This document shows, piece by piece, positions 26,231 to 37,762 of a DNA stretch of 64,000 bases. The stretch covers positions 2,034,927 through 2,098,926 of the forward strand of contig MU053513.1 in the NCBI GenBank assembly GCA_013239625.1. Direction: 5' to 3'. Below the pieces are notes generated by a model. The model worked only from the letters and a program-made list of their open reading frames with translations, had not been told where the DNA came from and did not search any database. Both the position numbers and the translations under genes were made by a program. This DNA is from Lama guanicoe (lineage: Eukaryota). The stretch's first letter is position 1. Every line of letters begins with the position of its first letter.

Positions 26231-26640
26231 ATTCTTTTTTCTCCTCCACCTGCTGGAAGTATGAGGAGGTTTTTCTCTGATATTCCCTGTGAGGCTCTGG
26301 TAGAGCTCCAGGAGGTAAAACCCACAAAAGTGTGGGGACCCCATGACTGGATGCCCCTGGATTTTTTTATCCTCAGACTTGCCCATACTGAGTCTCCAGC
26401 AATTCATCACTTAGAGTTTAGGTTTTCTTTCCCGGGCTCTCCTGGTTCTTGTGGAGGTTCCTGCTCATGGGTTTCTGCTCTGGTAAGTCGTGATTCTGAG
26501 CCGGCCTGTCTGTCTCGCCAGTTCTGGCTGCAGTAGTTTGCCCTGTGACCTCACTTCTAAGAAGAGAGATTTTAGTTTGTCCAGCTTTTCGCTTGTGAGG
26601 ATAGTGGTAACTTTTACACTCCCACATGCCAGATTGAAAA
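26230..26640 (-). mobile_element. Old L1 5'-region fragment (L1M-type)
   Basis: gagctccaggaggtaaaacccacaaaagtgtgggga, gtttgccctgtgacctcacttct resemble L1MC/MD 5' sequence. Confidence 0.5.
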
Positions 26641-26822
26641 TCTTAAGTGCTCTACTAGCATTCACTTAACTGAAAGGGTGGTGGCCTCTCTCAGCTACAG
26701 AAAGGCATGGAAAAGTTCTGCCTAAGTTGAGTCTGAGGGAGGGAAGAAAGGGGTTCACGTTTATGGAGCGTTTGCTCCATACGAGGCACCTTGCTCTCCC
26801 TACTTCTTGCAACGATACTTCT

Positions 26823-27277
26823 TTTTTCCCCTTTATTCAAGTTGCATTTCTTTAACTTTTTAAATTGAAGTATAGCTAGTTTACAAAGCTTTGTCAATTT
26901 CTGATGTACAGCATAATGTTTCAGTCATACATATACATACATACACTCCTTTCCATATTTTTTTCAGTATAAGTCACTACAAGATATTGAAAATAGTTCC
27001 CTGCACTATACAGGATGAACTTGTTGCTTATCTATTTTATATATAGTAGTATCTGCAAATCTCAAACTCTCAATTTATCCCTTCCCACCCCCTCCCCACC
27101 CACCCCGGTAACCATAGGTTTGTTTTTCTATGTCTGTGAGTCTGTTTCTGTTTTGTAAATAAGTTTATTTGTGTCATTTTTAAAAGATTCCACATATAAG
27201 TGATATCATACGGTATTTTTTTTTCTCTTTCTGGCTTACTTGACTCAGAATGATGATCCCCAGGTCCATCCATGTCA
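26823..27277 (-). mobile_element. Lineage-specific L1 3' end, sense to AK5, 13-bp TSD
   Basis: ttgaagtatagctagtttaca...cagcataatgtttcagtcatacatatacatac...; TSD caacgatacttct (26810-26822) / caacaatacttct (27278-27290). Confidence 0.9.
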
Positions 27278-27419
27278 CAACAATACTTCTAAGTGAGGTG
27301 ACCCTCATTGTTTTCTAGAAGAGGAAACCCCAGCTCAAAGAGTTAGCAAGAGTCAGCAAGTTATCAAAAAGTTACATATTAAGTAGAAGAACGAGAAATC
27401 ATTTTATTGGCTTAAAAAA

Positions 27420-28500
27420 TGGACATTTATTAAGCACACGCTGTGTGCTAGGTTGAGTGGCAGGAGAGTAGAACCCAGTCCCTGCAATGCAGGGGGTTAT
27501 TGTAACACTGGGTCTCATAGTCCCCCAAGAAGGTGAATCAAATGTGCAATGAGAAGTGCTTAGTCAAAGAGAAGGGTGGTCCTGATGGAGCATGAGTAGG
27601 GGTTGTCTGGCATAGGGGTTCTGGGGTTGTGGAAGCTTCCATGTAGAGGAAAGAGATTGTGCAAAGCACAACCCACTTGGGAGGAACTGCAAATGGATGG
27701 ATGTGGCTGGAGCATTCCGTGTGTTTTGGTGATTGGCAAGGGATGAGTTTGGGGAGGGAGGGAGGGATGGGGTCAGAATGTAATTTGAAAATTCCCATGT
27801 ATTATGACAAGAGGTTCCAATTTAATTCTGACATCAGTGAAGAACCAAGAAGAGTTTTGAGCAATGGACTGTGATGATTGGCTTCGCTTTTCAGCAAGAT
27901 GATTTTGATGGGTGAGGAGCCTGGGGAAGAGAGACTGGTTAGAAGACTGTGTCAGTGGTCCTGGGGACGAAGGATGAGGGTGTGGACCAGGGCAGTGACA
28001 GTGGAACTGCAGAGGGAGGGAGTGATGCCTGCACAGAACTGACCAGCTTCTTGATCCAACTGATGCAGGGAGAGAGGAAAAAGGAGGGAGGCTAAGAAGA
28101 CACCCTTGTCTCCGGCTTGGACAGCTGGGAGGATGGTGCTGTCATTCATAGAAATTCACAAAAACAGGAGGAAGAACAGATTTTGTGGGGGAAGATGGCG
28201 AGTTCAGTTTTGGATGTGTAGAGTTTGAGATGCACAGGGGAAATACAACCAGTGCTGCTTAGCAGGCAGACATAGGCATTGGAAGCTCACCAGCGAGCTC
28301 CGAGTAAAGCGGAAATCACGGCTGTGGTCCAGCTTCTCAAAGGAGAACGTGTGCAGGGCGGAGTGAAGGGACCATGGCCAGGATGCTGGGAGGCACCCAA
28401 CTGACAGAATGGACCAATGGAGAGGAGCTCAGCAAGGAAACCAAGGATGAGTAAACCAAGAAGGACGAGGACTGTGAGAGAGAGAACACATTGCAGGGGA
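27420..28500 (-). mobile_element. L2 fragment
   Basis: catttattaagcac..ctgtgtgctagg; gggaggatggtgctgtcattca; gagttcagttttggatgtgtagagtttgagatgc. Confidence 0.75.
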
Positions 28501-28513
28501 GGGGCAAGAGCTT

Positions 28514-28760
28514 TGTGGCTCAGGCTGGCCTGATACTCCCTAAACCCATTTCTCCCTTCCTGGACACATAAGTAAGTTCCATTTTCCAGCCTCTGCATGT
28601 AGGGAGAGCCAGCGACTGGGGACATAAAATGATTGTGGGGTGAGGTAAAGTGCAGTTAAGAGTGGGTCTCCTTTCCCCATGCTTTTTTCCTTCCCATCCA
28701 TGGTCTCTTTGGAAGTCACATGCTAAAGGACCTCTGGAAGGAAAGCACTCAGATTCTGAG
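28514..28760 (+). mobile_element. Old MaLR LTR fragment (MLT1I/J-like)
   Basis: acccatttctcccttcctgg..cattttccagcctct...gaagtcacatgctaa. Confidence 0.45.
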
Positions 28761-28814
28761 TTTTATCTGTTACCATCGCAGAGCCGCACCTGTCTCTCCT
28801 GATCCTGGCTCTGC

Positions 28815-29010
28815 AGTCAGACGCCTGTGTTTGAATTCTGTCTTTACCTCTTGCCAGCTGTGTGACCTTAAGTAAACTGCTTAACATCTCTGTGCCTCAG
28901 TTCCCTTAACAGTAAAATGGGGATAATAATATCAATCTCATGTAATTGTCTCAGGATAAAAATGAGGTAATACGTGAAGCACTTAGAACAGTATTAAATA
29001 ATGTAGAAAT
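28815..29010 (+). mobile_element. MIR SINE
   Basis: cagctgtgtgaccttaagtaaactgcttaacatctctgtgcctcagttccctt..gtaaaatggggataata. Confidence 0.85.
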
Positions 29011-29057
29011 ACTAGAAGCTAATGGAGAGGAGAGTGTCAAGAAGGGGGCTGGTTTAG

Positions 29058-29365
29058 AACTGCAGTCAGCAAGCCGCGGTCCTCAGGTCAGATCCACTCT
29101 GCTGCCTGTTTGTGTTCAGCCTCTCAGTTAAGAATGGCTTTCACATTTTTAAATAGTTGAAATAAATCACATGCAAACATGTGGAATTCAAATTTCAGTG
29201 TCCATAAATGAAGCTCTACTCAGACTCGGCCGTACTCCTGTTTAAGTGTAGTCGCAGCCACTTCTGCACCGCAACGACAGGTCTGAGTAATTGCAACGAA
29301 GATGTTATGGCTCCCAAAGCCTTAAATATTTACTGCCTGGCCCTTTACAGTAAAAGCGTGCTGAA
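29058..29365 (-). mobile_element. MER58B-like hAT DNA transposon
   Basis: ctgcctgtttgtgt..taagaatggctttcacatttttaaat..ttcaaatttcagtgtccataaat..tttactgcctggccctttacag. Confidence 0.75.
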
Positions 29366-29499
29366 TCAAAGGCAGCCAAGGTCAAGAAAGATAACTTAAA
29401 AAGTATTAACTGGAATTGGTGATAGACTACCAGTGACTTTGACAGTGGCTTTGTTTGGAGTGGTGAAAGTATAAACGAGATTTTGGTGCCAGGCTGATC

Positions 29500-29700
29500 A
29501 TAGTTTGATTTCTGGGTCTACAGCTTGTCACCGGTGTAGTCTTGGGAAGTCACTGAACTTGTATGAGCTTCAGTTTTCTCAGCTGTAAATTGGGGATAAA
29601 CAGAGCTGCCTTCTTGAGTTATTGTAGAGATTAGCAATAATGCACGTAAACCATAGAACACAGTGTCTCTAGCTCATAGTAGGTACTCAATACATGCAGC
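29500..29700 (+). mobile_element. MIR SINE
   Basis: cttgggaagtcactgaacttgtatgagcttcagttttctcagctgtaaattgggga...catagtaggtactcaata. Confidence 0.75.
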
Positions 29701-30012
29701 ACTTGCTTCAGTTTAATCTGCTGCCCCCCAAATTGCTGTGCCTTTGTGCCTTTTCACTTTTAATATTTTATTTTGTTTTCTGTGTTCTGATGTTTTACGC
29801 TACATGCCAAGTCTTTGCTCAAATCTCACCTCTTTAATGAGGCCATCCTAGTTCATACTGCCTATCTTATTTAATACTGTAATCTGTCCCCCACCCCAGC
29901 ATTCCTAATCCTCCTACCCAGTTCTACATTTTTTTCTTCTCATAGAACTTACCAGTCTAGAGAATTTACTCATTTATTTATTTTGTTTTTTAAAACTAAA
30001 ACAATAAAAAAA

Positions 30013-30137
30013 TTTTTTAACAGAGAGGAGGTAATTAGGTTTGTTTATTTAGTTAGTTTTTTGATGGTATTGGGGATTGAACCCAGGACCTCATGCATGC
30101 TAAGCAAGCACTCTATCACTTGAGCTATACCCTCCCC
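30013..30137 (-). mobile_element. tRNA-derived camelid-type SINE
   Basis: ggaggtaattaggttt...ggggattgaacccaggacctcatgcatgctaagc..tgagctataccctcccc. Confidence 0.9.
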
Positions 30138-30147
30138 ACTAAAAAAA

Positions 30148-30588
30148 TTTTTTTTTATTGAAGTAGAGTCAGTTTATAATGTGTCAATTTCTGGTGTACA
30201 GCATAATGTTTCAGTCATACATATACATACACATATGCATTTTCATATTCTTTTTCAGTGTAGGTTAGTACAAGATATTGAATATTATTCCCTGTGCTAT
30301 ACAGTATAAACTTGTTGTTTATCTATTTAAAATATAATAGTTAGTATCTGCAAATCTTGAACTCCCAGTTTATCCCTTTCCACCCCCTTCCCCTAATTTT
30401 CTACGTCTGTGAGTCTGTTTCTGTTTTGTAAATAAGCTCATTTGTCTTTTTTTCGTGGATTCCACATATAATTGATATCATATGGTGTTATCCTCTTTCT
30501 TTCTGGCTTATTTCACTTAGAATGATGGTTTCCAGGTCCATCCATGTTGCTGCAAATGGCATTATTTTATTATTTTTTATTTCTGAGT
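30148..30588 (-). mobile_element. Lineage-specific L1 3' end, same family as 26823-27277, sense to AK5
   Basis: Shares long near-identical blocks with 26823-27277 (cagcataatgtttcagtcatacatatacatac; tctgtgagtctgtttctgttttgtaaataag). Confidence 0.9.
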
Positions 30589-30789
30589 GAGAATTTACTG
30601 AGTTATTAATTTATGACTATATTATGTTTATTGTTTACTATCTGTCTTCCCCATCAGGATGAAAGTTCCTTGCCTGAATTATATAGTTAGATATTCCAAG
30701 TGACTGAACAGTACCTGACACACAGTAGGTGCTCTATTAATATTTGTTGAATGACTAAACAAGAAAAGAATAGGTAAAGAATTTTTTTA

Positions 30790-31400
30790 TCCTGCTCAGG
30801 ACTAGATGTGTTCCTTCAATATGGGGACTTGTCTTCTCTCATCTCTGTAATATTCTCAACCATCATCTGCTATAATGCAGCTCTGCTCCATCCCCTCCAC
30901 CTTCTCCTTCTGGAACTCCTTTCAGAGCAGGTTGAACAAATAATTCTATCCTCAGTGTCTCCTAAGTTCTTTCTTATATTTGACAATGATTTAGCCCTCT
31001 GTTTTATTCTGAGGCAATTTCCTCAGCTCTACCATTATCTTTTCAGCTGTGTCTAGTCTATTCTTCAATTCGTTAATTGAATTTTTATTACAATGACAAT
31101 GTTTTTGTGCTTAGGATTTCTATTTCATCCCCCCTTTTCCTTCCTGCCTTTTCCTTTCCATTGTCTCCTGCACTTGTTTCATGGTTTCTAATCTTCTCTT
31201 TATCTCTTTGGATATTTTAAATATTCCTATATTAAGATTTCTTTCCAACTCTTCTGTTATCTCTAGTCTTTGGCGTGTGAGCCCTTCCATTTGTTTAATC
31301 AGCTGGATTTCTTGTTATGAGTCATTTCTTTGTGTGGTCTGTAATTTTGGATGATGAGCTCACTTTTCATAGTGATTATCTGGCATTTGCCTCTGCTGGG
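30790..31400 (-). mobile_element. Ancient L1/HAL1-like fragment
   Basis: ttctccttctggaactcct, tcttttcagctgtgtctagtctattcttcaat..ttgaattttt are typical antisense old L1/HAL1 phrases. Confidence 0.5.
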
Positions 31401-32532
31401 GTCTTAAGGGTTAGCAACTGAAAAGGCTCCCAAAATGCACCACTGAATGGCTTGTCTTTGGAGGTCAGGATGGGAGGTGGAGATGTGTGTGTTAGGGAAG
31501 GTGACCGAAGCTCACTTCACTGTGAAACCATCTGTGTAACTCTGGGCAAATTACTCTTGGAGACTTCATTCTCGTATCTGGGAGATAAAGACAGTAATTC
31601 CTATTTCCGAGAGATGTCGTGAAGAATTAGCGAGATAATCAAGTTAAGGAAGTTAGCGCAACGTTTACTATGTACAAAGTGCTTAATAAACACTAAAAAT
31701 ATTTTTAAATACTTGCCAATGTCTTCTCCTTGCTTTGTGATATAATAGAAGAAACTTAATGCTCATGAAAATAGCTTCTGAACACGTACATGAAACGGAG
31801 AGACAGCCATTACATTTGGACACTGGTCAGATTTATCTGCTTTACTCATGACATGTGTTAGTTGAAAATGGGTGAAAAAAACCCCAGATGAACATGTTCA
31901 CTTGGCTTTCAGCCACTGCAGAAGAGCACTGTTGAGAGGTGGAAGGAAGTTTCAGACATTGTTCTTTTTAAAAAACACAGCCTAATTGGAGAATGGGAAC
32001 ATTTGCCAACTATTTTGGATCATTAAAACATAGCAGTAGGAAGAGTTCCTTTGCCGAGAGGAAAATGAGCCAGATACGTTTCTTTGGTTTTATTCAAATA
32101 GAAAATACCTTTAACTTCTTGGCTATGCTGTCCTTGGTCATTAGTCCCTTTCAAAGATTAGGAAGAGAAAAGCAGGTCCCTGAGCCTGTAGTCAATGCGT
32201 AGTTAATACTGTCAGTTTGTTATTGGAAAGGGATCAAGACACAGGCAAATTCCTGGGCAAGGGAACCTCACGTAACCTCACTTCTATCTCATGTAACTCT
32301 CGACCACAGATCTTTCCTCAGTTAATTGCCATTTTGAGTCTGTGGATACAGGAGGCCTAAAGGGCCAAAGTTAGTGAATAAAAGCTATGAGCTACTATGA
32401 TTTATCATGGACAATGTTATTAGTTACCTGGAAACATTTCACAGAATGATTAATAACTCCAATTTTCATGAAACATTTAGAAAGACTAAAATTAAAAACA
32501 TTTAAACAGAAACATTTTTAGATTTTAATTAC

Positions 32533-32609
32533 CTGATCTTCATAATCAGATCCTGTATCAATGATCTCTCCAGTGTCCAACATCATCGAAGAATCAAGGT
32601 CACCTGAAC
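32533..32609 (-). CDS. AK5: AK5 internal coding exon (about exon 8), inter-domain linker: (G)SGDLDSSMMLDTGEIIDTGSDYEDQ
   Basis: 77 nt, ...ccttAG acceptor, CAG|GTAATT donor; phase 1 in, phase 0 out. Continues the recalled AK5 linker (..LDTGEIIDTGSDYEDQ). Too short for the ORF track. Confidence 0.96.
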
Positions 32610-35600
32610 CTAAGGTTCAGAAAACAAAGATTACCTGATGGAGGCTGTCTGTGTACGTTTCTAAAGCAAGCAGCCTCCCACCAGGTTTCCATACTGTCCT
32701 TATGATCGCATCAAATATTTCTAGACTCTTCCCATCGGCCAGGCACTGTTTGGCTTGCAGATGGGAAATGCAGATACTCTGGACACCGTCTCCACCCTTA
32801 AGAAGAAGATGATCTTGTCGACTGATCTGTCAGCAGTGAAGCTCAGAAACCGGAAAGGAAAGGCTACTGATTCTGACTAGCAGTGGAGGAGCTGACGGAG
32901 GTGGGGTGCTCCACAGGAGCTAGTCTACGAGCCTGGACTGCGAGGGTGTGGAAGGGCTGTCCAGGAGGAGAAGTGGTTTAGGACTGTGTGGCAGTAACTG
33001 AGGAAGAAGGAACACCAGGTGAGGGTGTGAAATACAGAGTGGGAGCAGAGCAAGGGGTTTCCAGAAAAAAAGAGGGGCTGAGTTTGCTCACTCCATGAGA
33101 ACTCGAGAAATTTTTCCTCCAGCCTTGGATTACCTGAGTCCCTGAAGATGAGAAAAATCAGGTTAACTTAATGTATTAACGCAGAGTTTTTCCCCCAGGG
33201 TACTACAGGTTACAGTGAATTGCTTGCCCATGAATCCCCAAGGCTGAGATTTAAACCAGTGATTTCCATAATGGGGTCCCTGAAGAACAACTGATTGATC
33301 ACCCTCATCTAAGGGCTCTCTCCTGCTGGGAAATACATATTCCCTAACTAGCCAGAGAGGCAGCCTTCAGTGCTGCCCACAGAGTGCCAGGCACCCCCGA
33401 AACACTCCACGCTTCACTGGACACGTGCCTTTGCCAAATAACTCTTATTCAGAATATGCAACGAGTAATATGTGATGAAGATGGATTTCTTTTTTAAATG
33501 TCAAGCATCTCACACACTTGTCAGACATGGACCTCTCACAGAGATGCTGCTTTCATACCTTCCTCCAAAAAGAGAACCAAGGTATGTCCCCACAGTCTGT
33601 TTTCTTCTCTTCCGTTTTTGTTTTCTCTTTTCTTCTCATCACTACCCCTGCCGTTTAACAAACTAAGTACTAGCACGTGTTCCCAAGTATTAAGCAGTAA
33701 CATCATTGTTCCTTGTGTCTGCGTCATTAAAAACTTTTTAAGGATGATAAAGATTTTCAAAATGGAGATACTTGACCTGTCAAACCATTTTGGAAAAGTA
33801 ACCGTAGAGCTGCCATGTCTAGTGCATAAACGTATACTGCACAATTCTTGGTGACGCCCGTGGCAACTCCGGGGTTGAGGTGCTCGTTAGAGCGGTTGGG
33901 AGGACTCTGCACCACATGCTATTAATACAGCGAGACCAGTGGGGTGAAATGGAAACTTCAATTTTACACGTATGTTTTTAAGTAGAGGAATTGTACATGT
34001 ATGATTTTTCTATCTTTGGGCTTTTGGTATTTTTCAAATAAAATTTTTCATAAATTTGTATGAAAGTACCTGACGTCTCAGAGCCCAGTTTGAAGATCAC
34101 TTTGCCTATGTGTACTGAGGCAGTAAAGATGTCAGAAGTAAAACACACAGTTCTCTCTTATAAGAACACAGACATTTTAGAATTTAGTATTTCACCGACT
34201 CCCACCCTGTCATTTTAGAAAAGAGGAAAATGAGCCGTGGGGAAGTTATATAACTTGGCCACGGTCCTGTAGAAAGCAGGCGAGGTCAAGGCGGGAGTCC
34301 GAGCTCCCACCTCGAACACGTCCCGCTGACTCCAAGTTCCAAGCAGGCGTAATCCAAATGGCCATGTACCGGTGGTCTTTCATTACAGGGCCCTGCAGGA
34401 CAGGACCCGGAGGCGTGTGCCGCCTCGCCTACATTCTGAGAAAGGGAGGAACAGTGAGTGGCTGATAATGAGGGGGGTCATGGGCGGCTGTGGAAATGGA
34501 AGAACAAAAAGCCAAAGGAGAGTCACTCCAGCCTGTGACAAGGTGGCTGCTACTGACAGCATCATCAGAGGCATCGCCGAAGTTAATTAGCTTCCATCAC
34601 TTCCACAGTATGAATATTATCCACCCCTGACTAGTGGACATGGTGACAGGCACTCAGATGATACCCTCCCCTCAGAATTCAGAGTGACTCACGTGGAGTG
34701 CGCAGCGTGATCGGAACACGGAGATCTTATTAAACATATAGCTGTTTCCGTTCCTGTGTCCTACTTATTTAATCAGAAACTGTTCTTTTGGTTGTTTTAA
34801 TAACGGACAATGTGAAGAGTTCTTAAACAACCCAGTTCACAGAAATAGTGCACATTAATATTTGAAAATGGAACAAGGTTATTAGAAAACTAACTTCAGC
34901 AATAGTAGAATGAAAGAATCAAGAGGTCTTGGTTTAAAAACCAACAACTCGTGCTTCTTAGGAAGAAGAGATTGACTTTCCTAATAAAACGCTTTCAACA
35001 GAAATTTTATTGTATCATCAAGGGATGGAATTTCTTGACATATTGTTGCTCTTGGCAACAGTACTAACAGATCACAGAAGGAAGGCAACAGACAAAGGAT
35101 GGCATTATCGGCTCAGATGATGATTGAATAACTTTCATTTTCTTTTAGTATCGGTTGCTTGGTTTGCTGAAAATGGAACCTTTAATAATAGCCTAAGGTT
35201 TGACGTTCAGAATACGGAGGTAAATACCGCCTATGTACACATTTTTCGCCATCTTTCACTGGACAATTCAACACATAAAACAATGGCAATGATCTTGTTA
35301 CCCAGAAAAGACAGCAGAAGCAGGACATTTTGAAAAAATGATAGTACTGCCTTCATTTCCCCCTATTTTGAATTTCTTGATATTTTTCATATTTAAAAAT
35401 ATCTTTCCTATAGATAACAGAGAAAGTCATGAGCTGAACTAGAACCCCACGGGGGCACTCCGTGTCGCCAGCCTTAGAAGCAGAGTGCTCTGTGGAAATA
35501 TTATTTTCAGGTTGTCTCTTTAAATTTAAGCAGGAAGATGATACAAACTGGCTTCGGAGGTACAGGAAGGCTAACCATACTGCTTTCTGGGACGCTGTTA

Positions 35601-36689
35601 CAGACTTTTTTCCTCCTTGTGGATCTTCATTCTGAAGTTTTAGGAAAGTCCTTGTCCCACTTTGAGTCCCAAGTAAAGGGACACTCCCGCAAGGCGGGGC
35701 TTCCAGGGCGGGGATGGGCGCCTGCAGACAGGGCTCCTCTAACAGGTGCATCTCCTGCCCTTCTGTGAGGAAAGGCAAAGCGGTCTCTCCCTTGCCCTGT
35801 CGCTGCCACTAAACTGGAAACAGCTTTAGGTGGGGCCGCACTTCATATCTGAATCTAAAAACAAAACTTAGAAATTCCATGCATTCGATACATATTTGTG
35901 AATGACTGAAAAATGCATAAAAGGGCATATACATTTTACTTTTGTGGATCTCAGTCTTATTCATTCACTTCACAAACATGAAATCCCTCCTAAGTGTCTG
36001 AGGCATTAGGCACGGAGAATCCAGCTCTAATTCCAGCAGGAGTGGAAAGGGTTAGCAGCAGGTTGCATTAGCATTCCTTTGAAGAAGAGCACTGCATATC
36101 TCTGGGAAGATATCCTGACAGTATTTGGGATTAGAAGGGAGCTCCTGGAGGGATCTGGGTGTTGGTGGCCTGTGCTGGGTGAGAAGGGAAGCGGAGAATT
36201 TCTCAGTTACTCCACGATACAGGTTGTGGAAGGGAGGAAGAGGGAGAAGAGAGTAGAAGGTGACCTAGGAAACTGGGGAAATGTGTTGCATAAGATGTGG
36301 TGTCTCCCTGCGACCCCTCAAACCCTCAGCAAAGATACCAACTTATAGACAGCCTTTTCAGGGTGACAGCCACACACTTTATACAGATAAGCCATTTACT
36401 GGTCACAGCAATCCTATGAGGTAGCACTAACAGCATCCTTAAGAAAGGATGAGCAAACCGGGGCGAGAGAGATTGACTGCTGTAGCCAGATGGCTCTGTA
36501 GAAGTATTACTGGAGGGCTCCAGGGAGGAGGAGACACTGCAGACAGGGTGCGGACATTCGGGGGATGGCATTCTATGACATGCAAGCAAGCAAATGCACA
36601 CTCTGCTCTGGAGCCAAAGAAAATTCAGTGTGGCTGTGAGTCTGGGTATTCAGGGGAGTAGCCCAGCTGAAGCGGCCAGCTGGATGAGA

Positions 36690-37380
36690 AATGGCTTATG
36701 TGTCATCGCACTGGGTATCAGACAGACACTCACGTATGCTCTGTCCCCGAGAAAGCTTGCATCTAATGTGGGAATTGATGATTAGCGAATGTTCATATAC
36801 TTGATCGTATAATCATAGCTGTGATGAATGTCCTGCAGGAAAAGGGCAAGGCACTACTGGGTCTGGAATGGGGTCTGCGAATGCCTCCTTGGGGACATCA
36901 CATTTAAACTGAGATACAAAGTAGGATCTGACCAGGTGAAAGACGGAAGTAGGAGTTGAGAGAGTAGAGGGATATAGATGGAGACAAGCAGGTCCAAGTA
37001 ACCTGTGCACATGGCGGGAGGCAGGAAGATACCTGAGGCATTCGAGGAGCTGTAGGAGGGTATGCGGCAGGGGAGGAGTGACACTGTGCCGGGAACAGGA
37101 CCACTGCATCCTGGATATTTTTCTCACCTTAAGGACGTTGGTGCTCAGTCTGCAGGAAGGTCATTGAAGGTTTTTTTTTTTTTTTTTCAAGAGGCAGAGT
37201 GATCAAGGCTGCCTTCTGGGAGGATCCCCACGGCAGTAACAGGATTCATGACAGACGGAAGGGGATAGGAATGAAGTAAAAGGCCAGCCAGTGATGTCAA
37301 AGCCTTGGCTAGTGGAGAACGTGGCCCGGACCCCATAGGACCGTGGGCTGTGAGGGCAGAGACACTTTTCCTCTTAAAAG
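36690..37380 (-). mobile_element. L2 fragment (continues near 37770-37870 and 38800-38960)
   Basis: aagcttgcatctaatgtggga, ggggacatcacatttaaactgaga, gaaggtcattgaaggtttt. Confidence 0.6.
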
Positions 37381-37394
37381 GGAAAAACTGCGCG

Positions 37395-37762
37395 ATCTCA
37401 CTTACATGTGGAACCTGAAAAAGTCAGATGCACAGAGGCAGACAGTAGACTGGTGGTTACCATGGGCACACAGCGGGGACATGGGGAGACGTTGGCTAAA
37501 GGGTCCAGCGCTGCAGTTACGTAGGAAGAATAAGCCCAGAGCCCCGGTGTAGCACGGTGACGACAGGTAACAATACGTGATGAATGTTGGAGATGTGCTA
37601 AGAGAATATGTTCCAGGTGCTCATTCATCACACACAGAAAAACGGTAACTATGTGAAGAGAAAGCGTGTGAATTAGCTGAGCTGGGTAATCACTTCACTA
37701 GTCAAATCAGCATGTGATACATCTTGAAGAGATACAATTTTTGTGCAAAAAAAATTTAAAAG
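37395..37762 (+). mobile_element. L1 3' end fragment
   Basis: gatctcacttacatgtggaacctgaaaaagtc...ggtaactatgtga...gatacaatttttgtgcaaaaaaaa. Confidence 0.85.

Larger units (their letters stand above)
29800..30760 (+). mobile_element. L2 3' end split by an L1+SINE insertion
   Basis: tttgctcaaatctcacctct... and acagtacctgacacacagtaggtgctctattaatatttgttgaatga; insert flanked by gagaatttact at 29960-29970 and 30589-30599. Confidence 0.75.
762..32532 (-). other. AK5: AK5 intron (about intron 8), 31.8 kb, GT-AG
   Basis: Bounded by the donor of the 77-nt exon and the acceptor of the 43-nt exon, which join in frame. Confidence 0.93.

Noticed and set aside
26762..26781. 8-bp perfect hairpin tatggagc-gttt-gctccata
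   Set aside because: Short inverted repeats of this size are expected by chance in 64 kb; no supporting context.
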